Source of the DNA: a virus
Reading direction: 5' to 3' (one strand)
IMG/VR virus record: IMGVR_UViG_3300017593_000402
Coordinates: 1-64,000 of that record
Length of the DNA stretch: 64,000 nucleotides
The number at the start of each line of letters is the position of its first letter. Within the stretch, counting starts at the first letter, position 1. Positions 44,463 through 53,945 of this stretch are shown piece after piece. A model generated the notes under the pieces. The model was given only the letters and a program-made list of their open reading frames with translations. It was not told where the DNA came from and ran no database searches. Position numbers and translations under genes: made by a program.

Positions 44463-45879
44463 GTTCCACATTTCGTTAAAGAAGCTTCGTACTATTTGCC
44501 AAAATAGTTTCCTTCACTACTTGATCTTCGTTTTTGGGTTTCCAGTGTCGGCAATGCATCGAGAGTGGATTGACGCTCTTATGAAGTGTTCTCGAGTTGT
44601 GATTGCTGCTCCTCGGGCCCACTCTAAAACTACCATAGTTTCTATTGCGTATTCGACGTGGTTGATTGGGCGTAACCCCAATATAAGGATTAAGATCATA
44701 ACTAACTCTATTGACAAGGGTAGAGAGATTTTAGCCGCAGTTTCGAGTACTCTTCTTTTTAATAAAAGGTACCAGTTTGTTTTTCCTGAGATTAGACCCG
44801 CAAAGACACGTTATTGGACGAAGGATAGATTGTATGTGGAGCGTTCTTTGGTTCTTCGTGATCCTACGATCGAAGCAAGAAGTGTTCTATCTACAGGGGC
44901 CGGAGGTAGGTCAGATGTGATAATTGGAGATGACATGGTTGATAATTTGAACTGCGTTACTGAAGGTTTGCGGAGAAAAGTAAAGGAAGCTTTCTATGAT
45001 ACTTGGATGAATACTCTCGAACCACAAGGGAACCAAGCGGTAGTTGTTGGTACTATTTGGCATGAAGACGATCTGCTCTCTGAATTGCTCAGGAATAAAG
45101 ACTGGGAGTTTCGTAAAGTTTGGGCGATAAATGATAACTTTGACCCTCTATGGCCCCAAGTGTGGTCGCGAGAGAAGCTTTATAAGAAGTGGAAGGAAAA
45201 CCCTTTGGCTTTCGATAAAGGCTTTCGCCATCGTCCAACACGTGTAGATACTGCTCTTTTCCCGCCATCTTCATTTAAACAACGGTCTGATTGGCCTCTT
45301 TCTCCAGGGTCTAATCCTCCTGAGTATAACGATGTGGATCCTTCTCTTATCAAGTGTTACTTTGGGGTGGATATTTCAGCTGGACATGGAGATGATTTTT
45401 CGGTGATTTTTGTGGTGCGGGTGAATGCTGAAACTCTAATTCGGTGGCCTGTTGAAATAGCTCGGTTGAAGCAACCAGCTCCTGATGTGACCCGCAAGCT
45501 CATTCGGATGTACAAGCAGTACCAACCCGAAGTGATTATGATTGAGTCAAACGCTACTCAGTCTATGATGCAAGATTGGATTTCTGAAGTAAGTAAATTA
45601 CCTCTAAAACCGTATTACACAGGCGTTCAAAAGCACTTGATTTCGGTAGGGATCCCTTCTCTTAGAGTGGAACTTGATAATAATATGTGGATGATCCCTT
45701 CTTGGGATCACCCTCTTGAGTGTAGTTGTTCTTGGTGCCAATGGAAAAGAGAGGTACTGTCGTATCCTTATAGTAAGAAAGACGACACTGTTTTTGCTTG
45801 GTGGTTTAGTCGTGAAGCAATTAGGCTTTTCCTAGAAGGAAAGCGAGTAGGCCGCGGATATGCTGTCGTAGAACTCTGA
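44434..45879 (+). CDS. terL: Terminase large subunit
   Basis: APRAHSKTT, GGRSDVIIGDD, GTIWHEDDL, PLWP, GVDIS...DDFS, IESNA, DDTV. Confidence 0.92.
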   Translation: MPSRDLSQSKFHISLKKLRTICQNSFLHYLIFVFGFPVSAMHREWIDALMKCSRVVIAAPRAHSKTTIVSIAYSTWLIGRNPNIRIKIITNSIDKGREILAAVSSTLLFNKRYQFVFPEIRPAKTRYWTKDRLYVERSLVLRDPTIEARSVLSTGAGGRSDVIIGDDMVDNLNCVTEGLRRKVKEAFYDTWMNTLEPQGNQAVVVGTIWHEDDLLSELLRNKDWEFRKVWAINDNFDPLWPQVWSREKLYKKWKENPLAFDKGFRHRPTRVDTALFPPSSFKQRSDWPLSPGSNPPEYNDVDPSLIKCYFGVDISAGHGDDFSVIFVVRVNAETLIRWPVEIARLKQPAPDVTRKLIRMYKQYQPEVIMIESNATQSMMQDWISEVSKLPLKPYYTGVQKHLISVGIPSLRVELDNNMWMIPSWDHPLECSCSWCQWKREVLSYPYSKKDDTVFAWWFSREAIRLFLEGKRVGRGYAVVEL

Positions 45880-45941
45880 CGTCTTGCACTTTTCTGTGTT
45901 ATCCTAGTAAGCTTTTCTTAAGATGTTAGGGGGATTAAGGT

Positions 45942-46832
45942 GTGGGAGAGAATATCTCGGTAACTTCCTATACTTTTAAGAAGTACCTCAGCCCTTTTTT
46001 AGTTTGGTGTGAAGGTAAATTCGACTACATTCTTCACGTTCATTGGGCTAGCGTCCTCCACGGAGACTTGCGAATGGGTTACTGTGGCGACCCCAATAAC
46101 GTGATTGGAGTTACCTTGTTCATTTACAAGCAAGGTGCTGTCAAACGCCGCCCCAATGGACCGAAGGGTTGGACAGAGTTCTTGAAAGTTGTTCGAGACC
46201 CTAAGAACTTCAAACTAAACTTCAAAACAGGAGAAATTCAGGGCCAGCGCAGCTTAGCGGCAACTGTTAAGTTACCGGAAGCTAAGGCATGGATGAGAGT
46301 GAAAAAGTACATCTCTCCTCCAGGCACTATTGGCGCTCGAGTTTTGCGCAAATGGTGGTCCTATATGACGATTGTTGATAAAGGTAAAGTGGAACATTTA
46401 ACTCGGAAACTGGACGAGTTTGAGTTTTACTTTACTGAGGGTAAGGCTTTTAGAGGACGGTACATTCTTCGACCTTTTGGTAAGAACTTTACCTTCTTTA
46501 CTGCCAGTGCCCGACCCGTACTTGTTGGGACGACCCAGAAGCTGGAAGAGGGTAAGGAAATTAGTGGTTTTCTTTGGATTAAAGCAAAGAACCAGACCCC
46601 GTATGTTCTTTCTACACGAGCTGTAAAGAAACGATTTATTTCCCCTGTGCATTTTAGTGGGCTGCCCCAGGCACTGAAGGAGAGAATTCCAAGAGCTTTT
46701 CAGTATTGGACTATAGAGTCAAAAGCGAAACGTTTAAAGGTGCGGGATAGTTTGGTGTTAGCTCTGAAGAGCCAGAGACAGTATCAGTACTTGGAAGAGG
46801 GGGCTTGGCATAAGGTCAGTTTGAAAGTGTGA
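45942..46832 (+). CDS. LigD 3'-phosphoesterase (PE)-like protein
   Basis: HVHWASVLHGDLRM matches the H...LHxDxR motif; IVDKGKVE...FRGRYILR matches the PE C-terminal pattern. Confidence 0.6.
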   Translation: MGENISVTSYTFKKYLSPFLVWCEGKFDYILHVHWASVLHGDLRMGYCGDPNNVIGVTLFIYKQGAVKRRPNGPKGWTEFLKVVRDPKNFKLNFKTGEIQGQRSLAATVKLPEAKAWMRVKKYISPPGTIGARVLRKWWSYMTIVDKGKVEHLTRKLDEFEFYFTEGKAFRGRYILRPFGKNFTFFTASARPVLVGTTQKLEEGKEISGFLWIKAKNQTPYVLSTRAVKKRFISPVHFSGLPQALKERIPRAFQYWTIESKAKRLKVRDSLVLALKSQRQYQYLEEGAWHKVSLKV

Positions 46833-46909
46833 CCGTGGACCCCTTGCCCAAATTTAGGTTCCCTGTGACTTTATTATGGAAAAAATTTGGAACAGGAAGG
46901 AGGTGCAAG

Positions 46910-48055
46910 ATGAGGTTTGAGAACGGCTTGTTTCAGTTAAATCCAGAATTCATTCGCGCTCCAGCTGAGGTTTCCGAGAAGATTGCTAATCCGGGGGAGT
47001 TGGTGATCGCAGGTTATGCTACAACTTATGATAAAGGTTTGGATAATGCTGTCATATCTAGGAAGGCATTGTCTAACGCTGCTGAGGACCTGAAGAAGAG
47101 AAGCACAGTGTTGTTCAATCATGATCAAAATCGCCCTATTGGCCGCATTCATGAGGTGAAGTTGGATAATAAGGGGTTGTTTACAATTGCTGTAATTGAT
47201 AAGACAGAGCAAGAGATTCAGGAGAAGATCAAATCAGGAACGTTGAACAAGTTCTCGATCCGCGGACGGATTTTAGCTTCTCATGAAGAGTGGGATGAGA
47301 ATACTGGAAGGTCCACGTCAGTTGTTGATAACTTGAAGTTGCTTGAGGTATCTGTTGTTTCCGTACCTGCTGTTGATGAAGCAGAGATTCAATCGTGGTA
47401 TGTACAAAGGAGTGCGAGCGATAATGACTTCGTCCCCTTACAAAGGGATGTTAATTCAGAACAAGGAGGTGACAAAATGAGTGATAAGGAAATGAAAGAG
47501 CTAGAGGAGCAGGAGCTTGAGGAGAAGGAAGAGGAAGCTCTTGAAGAAGAGGAAGGAACTGAGGAGTTGATTGAGGCAGTGGAATCCAGTCAGCTTGAAC
47601 TGTTACTAGACCTTGATGAGCGTGTTTCTGCGTTGGTTGAGCGGGCGGACGAACTTCTTAAGGCCGCGAATTTAGATGCTGTTATGAAGAAGTTGGATGA
47701 GGCGATGGAGATGCTTAAGAAGATTTTGGACAAGTTGGAAAAATATCCTTACCCCTATCCTTATCCCTACCCTGCAAAAAAGTCTGCAGAGATTGAAGAG
47801 AGTGTAGAGGAGCTCGATCTTGAAGAGAATGCGGAGGAGCCGATGCAAGAAGTGCTCGAAAGTGTTCGGGCTCTTACTGATGAAGTTAAGGAGTTGAAGG
47901 AAACTGTAGTTGTTCGTGGCGAGAGGTCTGAAGAGGCTCCCGAGGATGCAATCCGGCAGTTTCTCGAGTCGGAAGAGTACAAAAACGCAGATCCTTCTGA
48001 GAAGATGAGGATGCTGTGGGATTTCACAGAAAAGTATAAAGGAGGTGAAAAGTAA
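46910..48055 (+). CDS. HK97-type prohead protease with C-terminal acidic scaffold
   Basis: IAGYATT, VLFNHD..RPIG, KFSIRG, LLEVSVVSVPA; Glu-rich tail; AGGAGGTG RBS. Confidence 0.9.
   Translation: MRFENGLFQLNPEFIRAPAEVSEKIANPGELVIAGYATTYDKGLDNAVISRKALSNAAEDLKKRSTVLFNHDQNRPIGRIHEVKLDNKGLFTIAVIDKTEQEIQEKIKSGTLNKFSIRGRILASHEEWDENTGRSTSVVDNLKLLEVSVVSVPAVDEAEIQSWYVQRSASDNDFVPLQRDVNSEQGGDKMSDKEMKELEEQELEEKEEEALEEEEGTEELIEAVESSQLELLLDLDERVSALVERADELLKAANLDAVMKKLDEAMEMLKKILDKLEKYPYPYPYPYPAKKSAEIEESVEELDLEENAEEPMQEVLESVRALTDEVKELKETVVVRGERSEEAPEDAIRQFLESEEYKNADPSEKMRMLWDFTEKYKGGEK
47477..48055 (+). CDS. Nested in-frame scaffolding protein (internal start)
   Basis: AAGGAGGTG RBS then in-frame ATG 47477 (MSDKEMKELEE...), at the protease/scaffold boundary. 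Confidence 0.6.
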   Translation: MSDKEMKELEEQELEEKEEEALEEEEGTEELIEAVESSQLELLLDLDERVSALVERADELLKAANLDAVMKKLDEAMEMLKKILDKLEKYPYPYPYPYPAKKSAEIEESVEELDLEENAEEPMQEVLESVRALTDEVKELKETVVVRGERSEEAPEDAIRQFLESEEYKNADPSEKMRMLWDFTEKYKGGEK

Positions 48056-49005
48056 TGTTGAATCCTATATCTGAACTTCGAAGGGCATTAGCAGAGAATA
48101 CTGGTGGCGGTTATGAAGGTATCGCTGATATCCTGCCGAAGGAAGTTGATAAGATCATCACCCAGATGGTCGAGCACCTTAACCCGCTGAGACAGAATAT
48201 ACCTAGGAAACCCGGTTCTGGTGCAGGGGTTTACATCAATCGTAGAACCCCTGGTGCTGCTAAGGCTGCGTTCTATGCTGATACTGATTCTTTTGATGAA
48301 GAAACCGGTACTTATGAACAGGTCGAGTTCCTTTATAAGACTATCGGAACACAAGGGAAGGTTACTCGTAAGGCGCGCGCTATCGGTTCTAAGTACGTTG
48401 ATATTCTAACAGCTGAGATGGAGGCGAAGGCAGAGGATTTCAAAGATAAAGAGGAGTATGCTATTTGTTGGGGAGACTCCAGCGCCAACGCTAAGGAGTT
48501 TGACGGACTGTACAAGCTGTGCGATTCCTCGAATATTATTCCTGCTGGGTCCGACAACACAGGTGGTGATTTAACTCTGGCACTGCTGGATCAGGCTTTG
48601 GACGCCATTCGTGGTATGCCCAGTTTGATCGTATGTTCAAAGAGGACCCGTAGAAGGATTAGGGCATTGCTCCAGGCACAGCAAAGGTTCATTAACATGG
48701 TGAAGGTGAAAGGTGGATTTGAGGTTTTGAGTTATAACGAGGTTCCTATTTTGGTTAGCAACCAGATTCCGGATACTCAGCAGGTGAGTGCTAGCGGTGC
48801 TACAATTACTTCTCTCACAGGAGGTAATTTGAGTACTCTGTTTGTAGTTGATACAAGCAAAGTATTCGTCTCTGAGTTGACCCCGCTAACCGTTCAACCG
48901 CTGGCTAAGGAAAGTAGTCAGTATGATAAGTTTGATATCTTCGCTGATGAGGTGTTGGTAGCCAGAGATCCTCAAGCAATTTCGTGCATTGTAGGTATCA
49001 GGTAA
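48055..49005 (+). CDS. Major capsid protein (HK97 fold)
   Basis: 316 aa after protease/scaffold; EEYAICWGD...EFDGL; strong RBS; terminator follows. Confidence 0.88.
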   Translation: MLNPISELRRALAENTGGGYEGIADILPKEVDKIITQMVEHLNPLRQNIPRKPGSGAGVYINRRTPGAAKAAFYADTDSFDEETGTYEQVEFLYKTIGTQGKVTRKARAIGSKYVDILTAEMEAKAEDFKDKEEYAICWGDSSANAKEFDGLYKLCDSSNIIPAGSDNTGGDLTLALLDQALDAIRGMPSLIVCSKRTRRRIRALLQAQQRFINMVKVKGGFEVLSYNEVPILVSNQIPDTQQVSASGATITSLTGGNLSTLFVVDTSKVFVSELTPLTVQPLAKESSQYDKFDIFADEVLVARDPQAISCIVGIR

Positions 49006-49028
49006 TTAGTTCAGTTAAGAAGTAGTAT

Positions 49029-49063
49029 AAAAACCCTCAACGTGTTGACGTTGGGGGTTTTTT
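49029..49063 (+). terminator. Rho-independent terminator after the capsid gene
   Basis: AAAACCCTCAACGT-GTTG-ACGTTGGGGGTTTT followed by TT. Confidence 0.85.
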
Positions 49064-49153
49064 GTTGCTTCTTAACTAGTTGGTACTTGCTTTTCTGTGG
49101 GAAAGTCGGTAAAAACTTACTATAAGTACTTGTGGTGTAATGAGGAGGTTGTT

Positions 49154-49522
49154 GTGATAGAGTTAGAATATAAAGGGCCTTATGAGGGTGAATATTGGGA
49201 GATGCCCACGTATAGGGAGTTAGTTCGAGTTTATAAGGGGCGGTGTAAGGTGAAGTATGAAGACACCGCACAAACTTTGGAGATGCACGGGTTTGTTCGA
49301 GTTACCAAAAGTGAACCGGTTAAGAAGGTCGAAGTGTCTGTAGATACTACTCCGGCTCCTCTCCCAGAGTCGAGTCGAGAGCGCAAAGTGATTGAAATGT
49401 ATAGAGACGGAAATGCTTCGGTCTCGATGATTTCTAAAACTTTGCGAATGAGTAAGAAGAAAGTTGAGGCGATTCTCGAGACTTACAAAGCTTGCTTAAA
49501 CGAAGGAGACAGGAATGTTTAA
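49154..49522 (+). CDS. Hypothetical protein with C-terminal HTH
   Basis: GAGGAGG RBS before GTG; SVSMISKTLRMSKKKVEAIL. Confidence 0.6.
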   Translation: MIELEYKGPYEGEYWEMPTYRELVRVYKGRCKVKYEDTAQTLEMHGFVRVTKSEPVKKVEVSVDTTPAPLPESSRERKVIEMYRDGNASVSMISKTLRMSKKKVEAILETYKACLNEGDRNV

Positions 49523-50330
49523 ACAAGTTTACACCGGGAGTGAGATAAGGCTGCAGTTTGATTTCGTTGTAGGAGGTCAAACTGTCCTTGTTTCACAACC
49601 TCAGGCAGATGTTTTCGATCCTTTTGGAAATAAAGTGGATGTAGTTGATCTTGTTTTTTCTGGCGGACATTATTTGACTTATTGGACTACTCCTTCTGCT
49701 ACGTTAGGGTCCTACGTTGCAATCGGCCGAGGAAAGTATGGTTATGAAGACCTTCTAGCCAATTCTCAAGTCAGGTTCGATGTCGTTTCGTCGTTGACTA
49801 CTGAGCTTGTTACATTAGATGAAGTAAAAGAGTATTTGCACGTAGATGATTTTTCTGAAGATCCCTTTCTCAGAGCCCTCCTTTTGGCTGCCTCGTCCGC
49901 GATTTTGGCGTATACACAGTTGAAATTAGGTTCTGTTAGTGAAACAGAGCGCTGTTTCTTGTCGGGAGCTACTCAGTATGGACTGAGATACTTTCCCATT
50001 TCTGAAATCACTGAGATTAAGCTCGACAGTGTGGATTTGGTTGAGGATACTGATTATTTTGTAGAACTGTCCACAGGTCTTATTAAGTTTTTCGTACCAC
50101 AAACTGGTTTCTTTGAATGTACTTACACTTTTGGACTTTCCCAAATCCCTTCTCCGGTTAAACTCGCCTGTTTGAAGCTCGTTGCCGCTCTTTATAACCT
50201 GCGGGAATCTGAAGGTTTTTCCAGTCGCCGTTTATTGAGTAACGTTGAGAACTACTTGAGAGACGCGAAGATGGATGTAATGACTGAAGTTAGGAGTTTA
50301 CTCGCTCCGTATAAACGTAAATTAGTTTAG
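49515..50330 (+). CDS. Head-tail connector (gp6-like) with N-terminal extension
   Basis: LVTLDEVKEYLHVD...D..L..LL.AAS; IPSPVKLACLKLVAALYNLRE; LLAPYKR. Confidence 0.8.
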   Translation: MFKQVYTGSEIRLQFDFVVGGQTVLVSQPQADVFDPFGNKVDVVDLVFSGGHYLTYWTTPSATLGSYVAIGRGKYGYEDLLANSQVRFDVVSSLTTELVTLDEVKEYLHVDDFSEDPFLRALLLAASSAILAYTQLKLGSVSETERCFLSGATQYGLRYFPISEITEIKLDSVDLVEDTDYFVELSTGLIKFFVPQTGFFECTYTFGLSQIPSPVKLACLKLVAALYNLRESEGFSSRRLLSNVENYLRDAKMDVMTEVRSLLAPYKRKLV

Positions 50331-50349
50331 TTACAGGAAGGAGGTTGTT

Positions 50350-52242
50350 ATGATTACCGCTGTAACGTTTACGTCGGAAGATGTAGTCGCGTTTTTGAAC
50401 ACTACACTACCTTTTCACATTGAGGGCATTCCTTTAGTTGTAGTTGGACAGGATCAACGAGATCTTACCAAAGTCTTGAACTGTCGTACTTATGAAGGGG
50501 GAAAGACTTTTGGTAGGAAGTTACTTGCTGGATTAGAGAAGGTCGAAACGGAGTATTTTGTTTTTGTACACCCAAAGGCGGCTCTCTCTAATTTAGACTT
50601 CCTTGGTGAGGCTTTGAAAGTTCTTTCTTCCCCTGAAGTTGGTTTTGTAGTTCCTGGACTTCCTAAGGGTGTGGGACCACAGAGCTATAAGAGGAAAGAC
50701 AGAGGAGCATTAGCTCGGATTGCCCCTTGGTGTTTCGCGTTCAGAACAGAGGAGGCTATTACTCTGTTTGAGAAAGCTCTGAAGGTGTTTCAAGACGAGC
50801 GAATTGTTCAGCTTGTATGTTATGAGCTGATGAAGCAAGGTCGTTTTAGCTATGTACTCCCAATGTACACTTTGGATATGGAAGAGGATTTTAGTGATCT
50901 GAAACTTGACGCGAGGTTCAGAACTCAACCGTTGGAGCCAGTATTAATCTATCAATATCGCCGGTTGAAGGACATCCCCTCTACTGCGAAATCTTTGTTC
51001 AAGGATGTCATTGTTTGCACTCCTTTAGACGTTCCTGAAATTGATCAGGGAAAGTTGATTTTTGTTCTGAGAGAGGGTGAGGATTTTGCCGATATTTTTA
51101 CCCTTGAGCAATTGCAAAGGATGTGTGACAATCCTGATCCGTTTGTTTTCGCGTACCAATTTCCTGTACTACGGACTTGGTCGGATAATCGATATTTGAA
51201 AGATCAAGTTACTTGGGAAATTAGGGCTTTTGCTTCCTTTGAAAAGATTGCCCCGCGTATTTTGATTAATCCTTACTACGGGCAACAGCTTCCTTATGAA
51301 GGCCTACGCCCAGTTAATGTGCCCATTATCAAGAAGGTTAATGACTTACCCGACAATTGTTCTATTGCGAGACTTCGTACTCCTACCTTGACTATTGCAA
51401 CGATTATGAAGGACGAAATGAAAAACCTCCCCACGTATTTGGGCACTGCTCTTCCTTTTGCTCAACAGGTGATTTTGGTAGACACCGGTTCTCAAGATGA
51501 ATCTCTGTCTTTTGCAAAGCGCTTTGGAGCTGAGGTGTTAGAGACTAAATTAGATAAAGACTTCTCTAAAGCGCGGAATTTGTACTTACAGAGGGCGAAC
51601 GGCACTTGGCTCCTTCAACAGGACCTGGACGAAATTGTTGACTATAAGCAGATTTACGCAGTGATGTTGGAAACACCTGAGAATACAGACGCGGTCCAGC
51701 TTCAGGTGCACAATTTAACTCCGCAAGAGGGGACGGTCATCTATCAAGATGCCATTCGTTTGGTTAAGAACCCACGAACTTGGTACTACTCAAATCGGGT
51801 TCACGAGACGTTTGAACGCTGCGCTACTGAGGAGAACCGTGTTGTATCACGAGTTAATGATGTAGTGATTTACCACCTAGGATTTCTGTCCCCACGCATG
51901 AAAGAGAAACTCTCTTTTTATCGAGAGTTGATCAACATGCAGTTAGAGGAGGAACCGGAAAACCCCTTACCGTATTTTAATCTCGCGCTCGATCTGTTGA
52001 ACGAGTATGAAGAGCATCCTGAAAATTTGGACGTAGCGCTCAAACTCCTCCTTCAAGCAACTTCTCTCCATCCGAGTTTTGCCCTTGCACAGTACGAAGT
52101 TTCGAGAGTATATTGTCAAAAAGCACTCGAGGCAATTGAGAGGACCCTCGAAGTTGTGCCACCTCAACATCCTATGGTGAATGCTATTAAGAAGGTTTAC
52201 GGACCTTTGAAAGAGTACACCAAAAGGTATATTGTGAGATGA
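50350..52242 (+). CDS. Multi-domain GT2 glycosyltransferase with C-terminal TPR
   Basis: IMKDE, VDTGSQD, DFSKARN, DLDE, RVHE, IYHLGF; TPR-like PENPLPYFNLA. Confidence 0.85.
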   Translation: MITAVTFTSEDVVAFLNTTLPFHIEGIPLVVVGQDQRDLTKVLNCRTYEGGKTFGRKLLAGLEKVETEYFVFVHPKAALSNLDFLGEALKVLSSPEVGFVVPGLPKGVGPQSYKRKDRGALARIAPWCFAFRTEEAITLFEKALKVFQDERIVQLVCYELMKQGRFSYVLPMYTLDMEEDFSDLKLDARFRTQPLEPVLIYQYRRLKDIPSTAKSLFKDVIVCTPLDVPEIDQGKLIFVLREGEDFADIFTLEQLQRMCDNPDPFVFAYQFPVLRTWSDNRYLKDQVTWEIRAFASFEKIAPRILINPYYGQQLPYEGLRPVNVPIIKKVNDLPDNCSIARLRTPTLTIATIMKDEMKNLPTYLGTALPFAQQVILVDTGSQDESLSFAKRFGAEVLETKLDKDFSKARNLYLQRANGTWLLQQDLDEIVDYKQIYAVMLETPENTDAVQLQVHNLTPQEGTVIYQDAIRLVKNPRTWYYSNRVHETFERCATEENRVVSRVNDVVIYHLGFLSPRMKEKLSFYRELINMQLEEEPENPLPYFNLALDLLNEYEEHPENLDVALKLLLQATSLHPSFALAQYEVSRVYCQKALEAIERTLEVVPPQHPMVNAIKKVYGPLKEYTKRYIVR

Positions 52243-52820
52243 CCAATCTCGTTGGCTTTCATTACAGACAGCGTGTTTACACGGTTCGTCGGTATACCAC
52301 TTGTGTTACAGTGGAGTTATCTTGCAAAAGAGGAGTTCCTACTGCTTTGAACATTTCGCAAATACATCCTGAAGCTACGTTGCGATTGACCTGGTTAGGA
52401 GATACACCGAGCGTGTTGTGCACGTTAGTCGGGGCCTCTGTAACTGAAACTCTTACTTTAACTAAGTTTAGCGCGTCTCTTACGTCAAATAAGTTTCCTG
52501 GGCTGGAGTACGTTACGTGTACTCAGGATGGTTCCCTTTCGATTTATACCACCGAAGAAGTTGGTCTTGACATAGGACAAGTCACCGGCGCGGTTTATAC
52601 TACTAGAAGGGCTATAGGAACGGATGAGTTTGGTCGTGTTACGTTAGTCTCTTCGAGTGTAATGGTGTGTTTACCCGGAGTTGAAATTCGCTCTGACGAT
52701 GTACTGATTGACCAAGAAACGAACGAGACTTTTTCTGTAGTAGAGGCACAGCAAGCTTTTGATCGAAGAGGTAGATTGCATCATTGGGAACTTGATGTTG
52801 TACGGATAAGAGAACGATGA
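52239..52820 (+). CDS. Putative head-closure/stopper protein
   Basis: Position in the neck module; C-terminal HHWEL motif. Confidence 0.5.
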   Translation: MTNLVGFHYRQRVYTVRRYTTCVTVELSCKRGVPTALNISQIHPEATLRLTWLGDTPSVLCTLVGASVTETLTLTKFSASLTSNKFPGLEYVTCTQDGSLSIYTTEEVGLDIGQVTGAVYTTRRAIGTDEFGRVTLVSSSVMVCLPGVEIRSDDVLIDQETNETFSVVEAQQAFDRRGRLHHWELDVVRIRER

Positions 52821-53194
52821 GACTGTTAATTCGATTACCTTCTGTTTCGAAGATTTACGATGACCTTGAGAGAAGGAAGCAAAAGTCCATCGATGTGATA
52901 TTTGAGGAGGTTATTCGACTCGTTAGTGGTGAACCTCTTTCTAACGAGGAGTTACGCAGACGAGGACATCCTTACTCAAGGCGACGTCCTACTAACTTGT
53001 CCCCTTTGGTTCATATTCGTACTGGACGTTTAAAGGCTTCGATTCGTAAGAATCGCGACGGAATTGCTTTTGACACTGGTAAAGCACCCCATCTAAAATA
53101 TGTGACTAAAGGTACAAGGCGGATGATCCCTCGAGACTTTATTGCGGCTGCTCTCCAAAGGGCTTCAGATCGATTGAGGGAGATTTGGGAGTAG
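52817..53194 (+). CDS. HK97 gp10-like neck/tail-completion protein
   Basis: RTGRLKASI...YVTKGTRRMIPRDFI. Confidence 0.75.
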   Translation: MRLLIRLPSVSKIYDDLERRKQKSIDVIFEEVIRLVSGEPLSNEELRRRGHPYSRRRPTNLSPLVHIRTGRLKASIRKNRDGIAFDTGKAPHLKYVTKGTRRMIPRDFIAAALQRASDRLREIWE

Positions 53195-53200
53195 GATAGT

Positions 53201-53629
53201 ATGATTTATTTGCACGAAGTTCAGTCGGATTTGAGTAGTAAGATTGAGTCCGTTTTGACGGATTTGGATCAAACGTATAATTTGGGGTTGATTAGAGCTC
53301 CGGTGATAGTTTCCTCCTTACCAGAGGATCGCGTTACTCCTTCTACTTACTTGAAAATGGAAGAGGTTTCAAGTCAAGAGAAGGTTTTCTTTCGGTGTAC
53401 TGGAACGTTACTCGTTGAGTTATCTTTTGAGATAGGTGAAGATGTGGCTTCGAGCCTGATCCGGAAGTTAGGTAATAAGTTGCAAGATCAATTGGAGCGA
53501 AGAAATAATACTACCCATACCTACTATTCAGGTAGTGTTAAAAGAGTCACGTGGTCTCTTCCTAAGGAAGAGATGGTTAGAACAATTAAAGTTGAGTTCG
53601 AGGTACAAGGCATTGAGCAACCAATCTAG
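53201..53629 (+). CDS. Putative tail terminator
   Basis: 142 aa between gp10-like and tail tube genes. Confidence 0.5.
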   Translation: MIYLHEVQSDLSSKIESVLTDLDQTYNLGLIRAPVIVSSLPEDRVTPSTYLKMEEVSSQEKVFFRCTGTLLVELSFEIGEDVASSLIRKLGNKLQDQLERRNNTTHTYYSGSVKRVTWSLPKEEMVRTIKVEFEVQGIEQPI

Positions 53630-53849
53630 TGCTTGGAAGTGCTCAAGTTGTGGGGCCGTCCTAGGTTACCTGGATGGTACAGACATCTTGCGTATCAAGT
53701 ATAAGGACTTATACTTTTACGTAAATGTTATAAGAGGAGCTTCGTTGATAAAGTGTTTGTGTCGTAAGTGTGGTAAAGTTAATGAAGTTATGGCGAAAGC
53801 GATGAAGATGAGTGAACCTGCTGTGATCGAACTGGAGAAGTACTTGTAG
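53613..53849 (+). CDS. Mu Com-like zinc-ribbon protein
   Basis: WKCSSCGAVLG...IKCLCRKCGKVNEV; TTG start with GAGGT RBS. Confidence 0.55.
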   Translation: MSNQSSAWKCSSCGAVLGYLDGTDILRIKYKDLYFYVNVIRGASLIKCLCRKCGKVNEVMAKAMKMSEPAVIELEKYL

Positions 53850-53900
53850 TGAGTTAGGTTGTTGAGGTACACACTTAATTTGAGGAGGTGAGAATTGTAA

Positions 53901-53945
53901 ATGAACACACCAACTTATAACACCAAAAGATTGAGTTTCGGGCCT
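53901..53945 (+). CDS. Major tail tube protein, exon 1 (MNTPTYNTKRLSFGP)
   Basis: Strong GAGGAGGTG RBS; unspliced frame stops two codons later; joins exon 2 in frame. Confidence 0.8.
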
